Source of the DNA: Rhodothermales bacterium
GTDB taxonomy: Bacteria > Bacteroidota > Rhodothermia > Rhodothermales > Bin80
Reading direction: 5' to 3'
Length of the DNA stretch: 64,000 bases
NCBI GenBank assembly: GCA_965262785.1
Contig: OZ253559.1
Location: forward strand, 2,158,597 to 2,222,596
The notes under the pieces are model-generated. The model worked only from the letters and a program-made list of their open reading frames with translations, searched no databases and was not told the origin of the DNA. Positions 10,581 through 19,377 of this stretch are shown one piece after another. Both the position numbers and the translations under genes were made by a program. Numbering within the stretch: position 1 is the first letter of the stretch; each line of letters opens with the position of its first letter.

Positions 10581-12518
10581 ATGGACTCATCCAATACATA
10601 TACCGGCAAGGACATTCAGGTCTTGGAAGGCCTTGCACCGGTGCGCAAGCGTCCTGGAATGTACATCGGTGGTACTGGGAAGCCAGGGCTTCATCACCTG
10701 CTGTGGGAGCTGGTTGACAATGGAGTGGACGAGGCCACCAATGGCTATGCTTCGCAAATTGACGTGACTCTGCACAGCAATGGTAGAAGTGTTACGGTAA
10801 GTGACAACGGCCGCGGCATTCCAGTAGATAGTCATCCCACCAAGAAGGTGTCGGCGCTCCAGGTCATTCTCACCACTCTGCATTCAGGCGGAAAGTTTGA
10901 CGGAATGCAGTATAAGACGGCCGGCGGTCTTCACGGCGTAGGGGCTTCGGTGGTTAATGCGCTCTCGGAGCGACTGATAGCGACCATCAAGCGTGATGGA
11001 AAGATGTACGAGCAGCGTTACAAGCGCGGCAAGCCGACCACCAAACTCAAAGTCATCAAGGACTCCGTGCGTGGAACCGGTACGACCATATACTTCGAAC
11101 CGGACGCGGACATTTTCGAGTCAGTTGCCTTCGATGCGGCGTGGATTGCCGAGCAGCTGGAGATCAAGACTTACCTCAACCGCGACCTGCGCATCACCTT
11201 CAATGATCAAGTTAGCAACACGAGCCATGAGTACTTCCACGAGGGAGGTGTAGTCGAGTATCTGACCCACCTGATCAATTTGGCCGGTGCTACCCCGGTT
11301 CATTCGGACATTTTCCGCGTGATTCAGGAAGAGGTGGAGGACGGGGCGCGCCTCGAAATAGCCCTTCAGTGGACCGAGGCGCCTACCGAAACCGTCAAAT
11401 CGTTTGTCAATGGCATTCCGACACGAAGTGGGGGGACACATGAGCAGGGGTTTCGGGATGCGGTTCGTATGGCCGTGCGCGCCTTTATGGAGACGCACAA
11501 CCTCTTGCCGCGCAGCCTGAATGTGACCAGTGACGACATCCGAGAGGGGATTTTTGCCGTTGTCAACATGTTTATGGAGGACCCGCAGTTTCAGGGTCAG
11601 ACCAAGGAAAAGCTCAACAACCCGTCCGCGCGCTCGCTATTGGTCAGTGCAGTACGTCTGGCGCTAGAGCAGTTTCTGAATGCACACCCGACTGCCAGTG
11701 ACACCATTGCGGCGCGCGTCATTCAGTCTGCCAAGGCGCGCCAAGCCAGCCGCTCGGCGGAGCTTTTGGTTCGGAAAAAGTCAAAGGCACGCCGCCGCCT
11801 GAATTTACCTGGGAAGTTGGCGGACTGCTCTTCTACGGACCCGGCCGAGGGCGAGCTCTTCATCGTGGAAGGTGACTCGGCCGGTGGTTCGGCCAAGCAG
11901 GGACGTGATCGAAAATTTCAGGCGGTCCTGCCGCTTCGCGGCAAGGTCCTAAATGCGGAGCAGGCATCGCTGAAGCGAGTCTTGGCCAACAACGAGCTGT
12001 CTAATGTCACGCAGGCCCTTGGATGTGGGCTCGGTGACCGGCTGGACTTGGAGCAGCTTAGGTATCACAAGGTCATCCTGCTCATGGACGCAGATTCCGA
12101 TGGCCACCACATTGCAACCCTTTTACTGACTTTTCTATATCGGCATATGCGCCCGCTCATTGATGCCGGGCACGTATTCGTGGCAGAGCCACCACTGTAT
12201 CGCCTGGATGCAGGGAAAGAGACCTACTGGGCCTTGGACGATGCCGATAAGGCGCGCATCACTCGTCGCCTCAAGAGGAAGCGCCCCAACATTAGAATTG
12301 AAGTGCAACGGTTTAAGGGATTGGGAGAGATGATGCCTGCAACGCTCAGGGACACTACGCTTGACCCGGCCAAGCGGCGGCTCCTGCGTGTGGAGATACC
12401 CGCCGGAGAGAGGGTCGAAACCGACAATACGATTGCCGGCCTGATGGGGAAAGATGCGTCTATCCGGTACAAGTTCATTATGGAAAACGCTGCGACAATT
12501 GAGGACTTGGACGTATAG
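10581..12518 (+). CDS. parE: Type IIA topoisomerase subunit B, ParE-like
   Basis: GHKL ATPase (VDNGVDEA, GLHGVG), Toprim (EGDSAGG, PLRGK, DADSDGHHI), and tail (QRFKGLGEM). I take the start as ATG 10581 (MDSSNTY); the ORF track's 10527 overlaps parC. Confidence 0.8.
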   Translation: MDSSNTYTGKDIQVLEGLAPVRKRPGMYIGGTGKPGLHHLLWELVDNGVDEATNGYASQIDVTLHSNGRSVTVSDNGRGIPVDSHPTKKVSALQVILTTLHSGGKFDGMQYKTAGGLHGVGASVVNALSERLIATIKRDGKMYEQRYKRGKPTTKLKVIKDSVRGTGTTIYFEPDADIFESVAFDAAWIAEQLEIKTYLNRDLRITFNDQVSNTSHEYFHEGGVVEYLTHLINLAGATPVHSDIFRVIQEEVEDGARLEIALQWTEAPTETVKSFVNGIPTRSGGTHEQGFRDAVRMAVRAFMETHNLLPRSLNVTSDDIREGIFAVVNMFMEDPQFQGQTKEKLNNPSARSLLVSAVRLALEQFLNAHPTASDTIAARVIQSAKARQASRSAELLVRKKSKARRRLNLPGKLADCSSTDPAEGELFIVEGDSAGGSAKQGRDRKFQAVLPLRGKVLNAEQASLKRVLANNELSNVTQALGCGLGDRLDLEQLRYHKVILLMDADSDGHHIATLLLTFLYRHMRPLIDAGHVFVAEPPLYRLDAGKETYWALDDADKARITRRLKRKRPNIRIEVQRFKGLGEMMPATLRDTTLDPAKRRLLRVEIPAGERVETDNTIAGLMGKDASIRYKFIMENAATIEDLDV

Positions 12519-12623
12519 TCAGCAATGTATTGCGGTTTGAGCGGCAGCACGGCAGTCTAGCACCGAATTCGCTGTAGCTTACGAACGCCGGACGTCTTCG
12601 AGGCCGCTTCCAGGGTCTTAGCG

Positions 12624-12664
12624 CAAGTTTACCGTGCGCCTTACCACGGCGCACGGTAAACTTG
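12624..12664 (+). terminator. Perfect 17-bp stem with a 7-nt loop, 105 nt downstream of the parE stop; candidate terminator lacking a U-tract
   Basis: CAAGTTTACCGTGCGCC-ttaccac-GGCGCACGGTAAACTTG. The arms are exact reverse complements. Confidence 0.45.
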
Positions 12665-12670
12665 GGCTAA

Positions 12671-14467
12671 CCCGCATCGCTCACCAAGCTCTTGAATCGC
12701 CAAAGTTCGAGGCGTCCGTAGCCAATGGGTCATGGTCTGGGCATGTGAATGCTGATTCCAGCCTTCTGGGGCATTTAGTTGGCGGCAGTAAGCGCTGTTT
12801 TGGGCGCGCTTCGAGCGGGAATCAGCCCTTTTGTTCGTGCACCGGTGCTTCTTGGATACACGTATCCAGCAACCACCATGTGGAGTCTGCCAATTTCTGG
12901 GACAAGTCGGATCAGGAAGTGCCTATGAAGGTGAGGCGCGCGCGCCGACCGTGGTGGCGTGCACAGTGCCGCGCAGGTTGCTTAGTACGCGCGCGAACAG
13001 TTGCTGCCACGGATACGCCTTGGGAAAGAACAAGCGGACTCGGCGCACGCTTACCACGACCAGTGCGGCGATCTTGAGCAACCGCACTCGGATGGTACCG
13101 CACTGTGCCTGCGCCATCGAAGTGCCCTGCAAGCCAAAGGTCTTGATGATGGTCATCAGGGTGTTGGCGACCGTAGAGAAGTACAGGCGCAGCTGGTTGC
13201 TCTGCATCATGGACGTAGAGGTGCGGTCAGCGAACAGGGTCTGCTGCTGCTCCTTGAGCCGGTTCTCCATGTCTCCACGCGCACAGTACAAATCCTCGTA
13301 TAGCGTGCGCGCATCGTACGCGTCTTCGCTGAAATTGGTGACCACGAATCGTGCGTTGTAGCCGCGCGGTCCAGGCAGTCATTCCGCCTTGGCTATCACG
13401 CGCCGCGCACAGCTCCAGCTGTCCTTCGTTCGGTACTCGAAGCTGCGGAAGCGCCGCGAAGGCTGCCCGCTGGCCTCGCAGGTGGCCTGACTCTGCTGCA
13501 TAGCCCCCTCAACGATGCGTTGCAGCCGCGCATTGCGCGGCATACCAATGATGTAGTGCAGGCCCTGTGCTTCGCACCATGCCATGATATCATCGCGGCA
13601 GAATCCTGCATCTGCACGAATCCAGATGGGCACCTGTGGCCACCGCGCTCGGATACGCGCTACCACGGGCGCCAACTCCTCTATCGTGCCCGCTGATGCG
13701 TCCATGTTGGAGGGGCGCAGACGAGCGGCCAGCACATGTTTGCCGCTAACGATGTACAGCGGCAGGTAGCAATAGTGGCCATAGTAACCATGAAAGAAGC
13801 GCCCCTCTTGCTGGCCGTGAATCGCGTCATCGGTAGCATCGAGATCCAACACGATGTTCTCTGGCTCCTCGCCCGTTACATCCATGAACAAGTCCGCGAG
13901 CATGGTGTCGATCTTTTCAGGGTCCGCTACGATGCGCTTGTACCTGTGCGATGCGGCCCCTTCTTTTGAGCCGAGCTCCAGTCGGTTCAGTGTGCTGGAA
14001 CTCGCCAGCGGATGTCCCTGGTCGCGTTCCCGTACCCGGTGCACCCCTGTTACATCCTCGCAGCCCACGCCCATGGCCAACACGGGATCGTCCCGCAGGC
14101 GGTCATGGTCGTTCACGTCTTCGTGGCCCAAGCATATCGCGTAGATTCGGTGCCTGAGCATCGCCTCCACGGTATGCTCTACTCTGCCGGGATCACGGTG
14201 GTCGGTGAAGCAGGCGGCCAAGCGGCCTATGACGTCGAACATCCGGTCGGCCTCCCGTAGCAGCAGCGCACCTGCGTCCGAGGACATGGGGCCGCCGTCG
14301 AACTTTCCGACCACTTTACGCCGTCCCAAACCCTCGAAACGAAGCGCTTCAGTATGACAGTCTGTTTTATTCACGCGCAATGCAAAAGATGGTTATAACC
14401 AATTGCATATCAAACACTTACGTGGGATTTGGGTTCCAATTCTTGGCACCCTGGTGAGTTTTCCGGG
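12671..14467 (-). mobile_element. IS1380-family insertion sequence (~1.8 kb)
   Basis: Terminal IRs start with CCCG (left CCCGCATCGCTCACCAAGCTC versus the reverse complement of the right end, CCCGGAAAACTCACCAGGGTG; 14/21 match). A 4-bp direct repeat CTAA flanks the element (12667-12670 and 14468-14471). It contains the IS1380-type transposase. Confidence 0.55.
12923..14380 (-). pseudogene. IS1380-family DDE transposase interrupted by one in-frame TGA (13379-13381)
   Basis: The 333-aa ORF (FEGLGRRKV..FDGG..SSDAG.LLLRE, FFHGYYGHYCYLPLY) and the 140-aa ORF (YCARGDMENRLKEQ, LLKIAALV) are in the same frame and separated only by the TGA. Together they are collinear with full-length family members. 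Confidence 0.8.
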
Positions 14468-15266
14468 CTAAGCTGATCGCCACGCATCGGAATCACCGCT
14501 CGGCTTGTCGGAATCGGTAGTCGGCTTCGTCGGAATACGCCGAGGGAACGTGCGACCATCTGGACCTTCTCGCTTTCGTTCTCTTCGGCCGTGCGCGGCT
14601 CGGGAAGATGTGTGCCGAGTTCGGCGATCCGCTTCTCCCTGTCGTCCTGCTGGTAAGCGTCGCCGCCGGGAGGTCGATAGGTTCTGATGAAGGGCTGGCT
14701 CAGGACCCGTTACTGGTCCTAAGCCAGCCGACGCCACGTTGAACGTAGCGGTCTGGCAAGGGGGCGTTCCGGCCCCCTTAGACCCTCGGCATTTTGCGGC
14801 GGCTGACGGTTGCATGGTCGATCTCCGCGCAATGGAGAAGGAACACCGTAGGGTCCTCCGCCGTATATCCGACCGAGAGGAGGGATGCTACTGGTGCTAC
14901 TACTGTGCCCTGCGTCCCAGCTGAACAGCTGGACATCCGACCCGAGGCCAGTCGAAACGCGGCGCGGACACGGCTTCAGCCCTTGTCGTTACCTCCATGA
15001 ACCGCTCTGCCCGCTACTAGCCGGAGCGACAGTTGCTGGGTGGGGATTCGCACCCAAGGGAACCGTGGACCCACGAGGTTGGGCTAGGCCTGAAGCAGCT
15101 CCATGCCCCTCCGCGAATCCACCTCTACTCCTCGCTCTGGAAGAGCTGCGACGAATTGCGCGGCGGTATGGGCGCATCCCATGGACAGACTGACCAGCCC
15201 TTGACTGCATGTGGATCACCGTACCTTATTCTTGGATCGGATCCTGCCTTCTAGTCCCCTTGAGAG

Positions 15267-16394
15267 ATGAAGCGACCTCGACCGTCACCCACCCGTCGCA
15301 TTCAACGAATCCTCTGGTCCGAGTCCATGGGCCGTTGTATGAATCCCGCCTGCCACCAGGATCTCTTCCAAAACGGTGCATACATCGGAGAGTTTGCACA
15401 CATTATACCGCACGCCAATGGCGGCGACGTGACATCGAATAACCTGATTGTCCTCTGTTGCAATTGCCACACCGACATTGATTCCGAAGCCGGGCGAACC
15501 CAAGCGATAATTCGCATGCTTCGAAACTGGAAGTCCGAGAGAAATAGGGACATCCGTGCTAGGTTCTCCCAGCAAATTGAGACGTTTGTTGATCTTAGAC
15601 AAGCCGTACTGCCTGCTCTACGACGCAATCGCGCCATCTTCAAGAGCTATGGTCCGCAACATTCGCGGGATGACGAACAGTTACATCCGCTATGGTTGAC
15701 ATTTGAGCCCGAGCTGATTGCGAACAACGAGAAGCTCGTCTTGTTATTCGAGAGGAATCGCGATCTATTTCATCCAGAGAACGCCAACGTTGTAGATCAA
15801 TTCTCTGCTCACGCAAGAGAATTTGCCCAAACCAGAGGTAAGGCCGGTTTTGTCCGTGTCAATCTGTTCCCCGACAAGCTGCATTCGATTTTTGGCCTCA
15901 CCGCTGTGCGGTCATCGCCTCCTTCTAATCTCTCAGCTCTTCAGAATCTTGTGTCCAATCTGATTTCAACAGGGCGATTCATTGCATTGGAGCTAGTGCC
16001 CGATCCAATTCTCACATATCGCCATGGCAAGGATATAGTTGAGTTGCACCTTGCAGATCGCCCGAGAATTCTCCAAATCTACTGGGCTAATAGGTTCTAT
16101 CACCCTCAGACTACCGATCTCCGGCTTAGACAGCTAGTGTTCTTTCTGGGGTGGCTGTACCGGAATGGGGTCGAGTTCGCGTTCCGTGACTACCGCAAGC
16201 TGACCGAAATCAAGATAGCCGACAAGCACCATGCTTTATTAGGCTATAAATACTGCCTGTCGTTGGCCGATCTCCACGACCAACTGACTCCAGACGTCGA
16301 TGTTGTCATCAACCTCCACCACTGGGGCGGCGGTCGGGCTAGCGCTGCCGTTTACCCAAGTTTTCCCCTTGACATTCTGATTTATGCCGCATAG
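15267..16394 (+). pseudogene. HNH endonuclease-domain protein gene whose 3' end is displaced by an IS insertion (ancestral ORF = 15267..16344 joined to 18978..19072, 390 aa)
   Basis: N-terminal HNH motif (C..PAC ... EFAHIIPHANGG ... NLIVLCCNCH). About 300 aa of unassigned C-terminal sequence follow. The last 16 codons before the stop at 16394 are read from the IS terminal repeat. Confidence 0.75.
16345..16362 (+). repeat. Left terminal inverted repeat of the Tn5-like IS
   Basis: Exact reverse complement of 18952-18969. Begins CTG, as Tn5 ends do. Confidence 0.9.
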
Positions 16395-16403
16395 ATTGGC
16401 GGC

Positions 16404-18686
16404 ATGTTCCAGCAGAACCAGATTCTTCGTACGCTGAGCGAGGCGCAATCCCAGGCGCGTCTGGACGGCATCTTGGCTGATGAGGGTCTGAAGAACCGTG
16501 CCGCCATCGCCCGGCGTGTGTGTGCGGCATTCGATTTTTTCGACGCACGCGGGCAGTCGCAAGTAGCCAGTTGCGCCAAGGCGCTCTCGAAGCTGTCCGA
16601 CCGCGGCTGTATAGCACTGCCGGCGCCGATGAACGACCACGCTGCCGGCGCGTCCCCCCGGCTGCTGAAGGAGGGCGTGCCCATGCCGAGTGCCCTTCCT
16701 CGCTCCGTCCGCGAAGTGGATGACCTGTCGCTGATCGTGGTCACGGACGACGACCAGCGCGCCGTATGGAACACCCTATTGGACCAGGAACATCCGCGGG
16801 GCACGACGACGTTCTTCGGCGCGCAGGTGCGCTACCTGGTGCATAGCGCGCAGGGCTATCTGGGCGTGCTGGGCTTTTCGGCCTCGGCCCTGCGTCTGGC
16901 CGCACGGGAGCGATGGATGGCCTGGAGCGATGCGCAGCGCCAGGCCCACCTGCATCATGTGGTGTGTTTGAGCCGCTTTTTGATCCGGGGACCCTGCACG
17001 CACCTGGCGAGCCATGTCCTGGGCCTTGCGCTCAGGCAGCTGCCCGATGATTTTGAAGAGCGTTACAGGTACCGCCCTTGGGTGGTGGAGACCTATGTGG
17101 ATCCGAACTGGAAGGGTACATGCTTCCAGGCGGCAAACTTTCTGCACATTGGTTATACTGCCGGCGGCAAACGACAGTCCGACGATGAACCCGAGCCGCC
17201 CAAGGCGCTGTATGTGTACGAACTGGACCGCGGGTGGCGCCAGGCACTCGGCGTGCCGGCGGTGGAGCTCCATCCTGTGAGAGCACCCCACGAGGCGTTG
17301 GACCGTGACCAATGGGCGGAAGCCGAGTTCGGGGACGCTCCACTGGGCAATCGGCTGCGCTCCACGCGCCTGGTACGGAGTGCGTCGATGCTGGCTTCGG
17401 TGATGGGCCAGTCCATTACGGGCAATACGGACTACGATCGTGCGGCGGTCAAGGCGCATTACCGGTTGCTGGAGAGCGACCCGGCGTCCAAGGTCACTCC
17501 GGAAAACATATTGGCGCCGCATCGTGCGCGCACGATCGAGCGCATGCGCAGCCAGAAGGTGGTGCTCTGCATCCAGGATGGCAGCCGGCTGCGCTATGCC
17601 ACGCGTCCGGCCTGCACGGATCTGCAGGTCACCGGCCGCAACCAGACCACGGCGCAAACGCGTGGGATGCATGTACATGCGACGCTGGCGACCACCTCCG
17701 ATGGTCTGCCGCTGGGCGTGTTGCGCTGCAGCTACCGGGATCCTTCGCACGGTCCCCTGAAGCCGAAGGCCCAACGATGGCTGGACGCCTACCTGGACAT
17801 CTGTGCGGCGGCCGATCAGATCTCCCGCAAGATTCGCGTGATCTGCGTTATGGACCGGGAGGGCGACAGTTTTGCGCTCTTTGACGCCCAGCGTCGTCAG
17901 GGCCGCGTGGAGATGCTGGTCAGGGCGCGGATAGATCGCCGGCTGGCCAACGGCAGGAAGCTGTTTGAGACCCTCGCGGGCGGCCCGGCGGCCGGCAGCG
18001 TGCGGATCGAGATCAAGAAAGTCACCGCACGCCCGAAGTCACGGGGCAAGCCCGCACGCCCCGGGCGCAGCTATCGCATAGCGGACGCCGAGGTGCGGTT
18101 CCACCGGGTGACGCTGCCGGCCACGACCCAGGAGGCAGATCCGGTGACGATGTACGGGGTTCACATCCGGGAGCAGGCCCCGCCGGAAGGCGAAGAGGCC
18201 ATAGAATGGTATCTGCTTACCAGTGTGGCGGTGCACACGCTGGAGGAGGCCCTGCAGGTGCTGGACCACTACGTGAAGCGGTGGCGCGTTGAGGACTTCT
18301 TCCGGGTGCTTAAGAGCGGCTGCAAGGTGGAGCGTCTGGCGCTGCGCACGGCGCTGCGTCTGGAGCGGGCGATCGCGATCTACTGCGTTATTGCCTGGCG
18401 CCTGATGGTGCTGACGCTATTGGGGCGAACCGTGCCAGAGTTGGACTCGGAGGTCTTCTTCACGGAGTTGGAGCTTCGTTTTTTGACGAGCTATGCCAGC
18501 CGTGTGAAGCTGCCTCGGCCCGGCACGCTGCAAGAGGCCATCCTGCTGCTGGCGGTACTCGGGGGGTACCAGAATCGCACTCGCGACGGGCCGCCCGGTC
18601 ACCAGATCATGTGGCGCGGGCTGGAACGATTGGCGCTGGCCACACTGGGATACGAGCTGGGATACGAGGTCCGTGACGCTGAGTAA
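16404..18686 (+). CDS. Tn5-like DDE transposase fused to a ~300-aa N-terminal DUF4338/DruA-like domain
   Basis: C-terminal two-thirds: Tn5-type DNA-binding region (LGN.RL..RLVRSA..LA), DDE residues in IQDGS / MDREGD / YVKRWRVEDFFRVLKSGCKVE. N-terminal third: FGAQVRYLV ... RPWVVETYVDPNWKGTCFQAANF, which I recall as DUF4338-type. Confidence 0.8.
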   Translation: MFQQNQILRTLSEAQSQARLDGILADEGLKNRAAIARRVCAAFDFFDARGQSQVASCAKALSKLSDRGCIALPAPMNDHAAGASPRLLKEGVPMPSALPRSVREVDDLSLIVVTDDDQRAVWNTLLDQEHPRGTTTFFGAQVRYLVHSAQGYLGVLGFSASALRLAARERWMAWSDAQRQAHLHHVVCLSRFLIRGPCTHLASHVLGLALRQLPDDFEERYRYRPWVVETYVDPNWKGTCFQAANFLHIGYTAGGKRQSDDEPEPPKALYVYELDRGWRQALGVPAVELHPVRAPHEALDRDQWAEAEFGDAPLGNRLRSTRLVRSASMLASVMGQSITGNTDYDRAAVKAHYRLLESDPASKVTPENILAPHRARTIERMRSQKVVLCIQDGSRLRYATRPACTDLQVTGRNQTTAQTRGMHVHATLATTSDGLPLGVLRCSYRDPSHGPLKPKAQRWLDAYLDICAAADQISRKIRVICVMDREGDSFALFDAQRRQGRVEMLVRARIDRRLANGRKLFETLAGGPAAGSVRIEIKKVTARPKSRGKPARPGRSYRIADAEVRFHRVTLPATTQEADPVTMYGVHIREQAPPEGEEAIEWYLLTSVAVHTLEEALQVLDHYVKRWRVEDFFRVLKSGCKVERLALRTALRLERAIAIYCVIAWRLMVLTLLGRTVPELDSEVFFTELELRFLTSYASRVKLPRPGTLQEAILLLAVLGGYQNRTRDGPPGHQIMWRGLERLALATLGYELGYEVRDAE

Positions 18687-18951
18687 GGGCGGCACTGCGC
18701 TGCGATAACCCGTGGACTGTGATCCTGTCACAAGGCAGGATCCCTATACCCTGCCGGGGCTGTATGTCCACGGTAAGCAAGGCCTCCGCCCGCAAAGCAG
18801 GCGTAGACCGCGTTGAGCTGAACGAAGCGTCCCTGCACGACCAAGCCTTGAGTCCACAGCCAAGACCCCTGTGCCACATGGACACACCCCGTGTCGCTCG
18901 GCAACGACTGGACATGCTTCTGATACCCTCAAATGCGTAAGTCTGCCAGGT

Positions 18952-18969
18952 AACTTGGGTAAACGGCAG
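18952..18969 (+). repeat. Right terminal inverted repeat of the Tn5-like IS
   Basis: Exact reverse complement of 16345-16362, followed by the target duplication GGCTAGCG. Confidence 0.9.
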
Positions 18970-18977
18970 GGCTAGCG

Positions 18978-19072
18978 AGCAGGCTGTGGACCACGCCTCT
19001 CAGAGAAAGGTAAAGCTAATGAGTCAAAGAGAGTTTTTTGTCTATGCACACAACGAGCTGATATGCCTTTGA
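18978..19072 (+). pseudogene. Displaced 3' end of the HNH-domain gene
   Basis: Removing the IS and one target-repeat copy continues the 15267 frame as ...GGGRAS-EQAVDHASQRKVKLMSQREFFVYAHNELICL-stop. That stop overlaps the next gene's ATG by 10 nt. Confidence 0.7.
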
Positions 19073-19377
19073 TTCTCGACATCCTGGAGCAAGACGGGTC
19101 ATCGCTTTTCAAAGGCTTTACTGGCGTGTATGTCATTGGATCGGTATTGCAGGACGCGGCGCCTAATGACATCGATCTGGTTCTCATCTACGACAATGAA
19201 ACGACGCTTGCGAAGATCAATTCCGCAAGATCAAGGGTTGTTGACACGCTTCTCCGTCGATTCAAGGGCCTCATCACGATTCACCTCACTGTGCTCAGTG
19301 ACGAAGAGCTGTCGGAGACCCAGTTCTTGAAACAAGTACGGCATCACCGAATTCTCGACGGAAGAAGGCGCTTCTGA
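19063..19377 (+). CDS. Minimal nucleotidyltransferase (MNT / Pol-beta superfamily) domain protein, 104 aa
   Basis: G-S-x8-D-I-D motif (VIGSVLQDAAPNDIDLVLIY). Small size is typical of MNT-type proteins. Lower GC than the flanks, by eye. Confidence 0.65.
   Translation: MPLILDILEQDGSSLFKGFTGVYVIGSVLQDAAPNDIDLVLIYDNETTLAKINSARSRVVDTLLRRFKGLITIHLTVLSDEELSETQFLKQVRHHRILDGRRRF

Larger units (their letters stand above)
16345..18969 (+). mobile_element. Intact IS4-family (Tn5/IS50-like) insertion sequence, 2625 bp
   Basis: Perfect 18-bp terminal IRs (CTGCCGTTTACCCAAGTT at 16345-16362; AACTTGGGTAAACGGCAG at 18952-18969). Direct repeat GGCTAGCG at 16337-16344 and 18970-18977 (9 bp if the ambiguous G at 18969 is counted as target). 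One 760-aa transposase ORF. Confidence 0.9.

Noticed and set aside
12634-13077. 147-aa plus-strand ORF spanning the parE-distal flank and the IS1380 end
   Set aside because: It crosses the IS boundary and runs antisense to the transposase C-terminus, so it is an artefact of the open frame.
13379-13381. In-frame TGA codons inside otherwise intact-looking genes (IS1380 transposase; higA at 55326-55328, at a conserved Trp), raising the idea of TGA-to-Trp reassignment
   Set aside because: TGA is used as the regulatory stop in the prfB frameshift cassette and terminates many well-supported genes here, including gltX and several ATGA overlaps. Both cases are in decaying mobile DNA, so ordinary nonsense mutations are the simpler reading.
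14468-14815. 115-aa minus-strand ORF and an alternative frame (…PPGGDAYQQDDREKRIAELGTHLPEPRTAEENESEKVQMVARSLG…) between the IS1380 element and the HNH gene
   Set aside because: The track ORF is Arg-rich and implausible. The alternative frame looks protein-like, but it has no start codon, I recognise no family for it, and it runs into the IS target site. It is at best an unidentifiable gene remnant.
15239-15250. A 12-nt inverted match, GGATCCTGCCTT (15239-15250) versus AAGGCAGGATCC (18732-18743), first considered as the ends of a larger transposon that would include the HNH gene
   Set aside because: Half of the match is the self-complementary GGATCC, similarity stops after 12 nt, and there is no target duplication. 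The perfect 18-bp IR pair at 16345/18969 with the GGCTAGCG duplication explains the element much better.
15134-15254. The peptide LWKSCDELRGGMGAS...YLILG, reminiscent of the HsdM N-terminal motif (LW..AD.LRG..DASEYK..ILG); possible type I R-M remnant
   Set aside because: The spacing to the YILG-like part is about 12 residues too long, the ORF is 73 aa with otherwise implausible composition, and no methylase motifs follow. The evidence is too weak to call.
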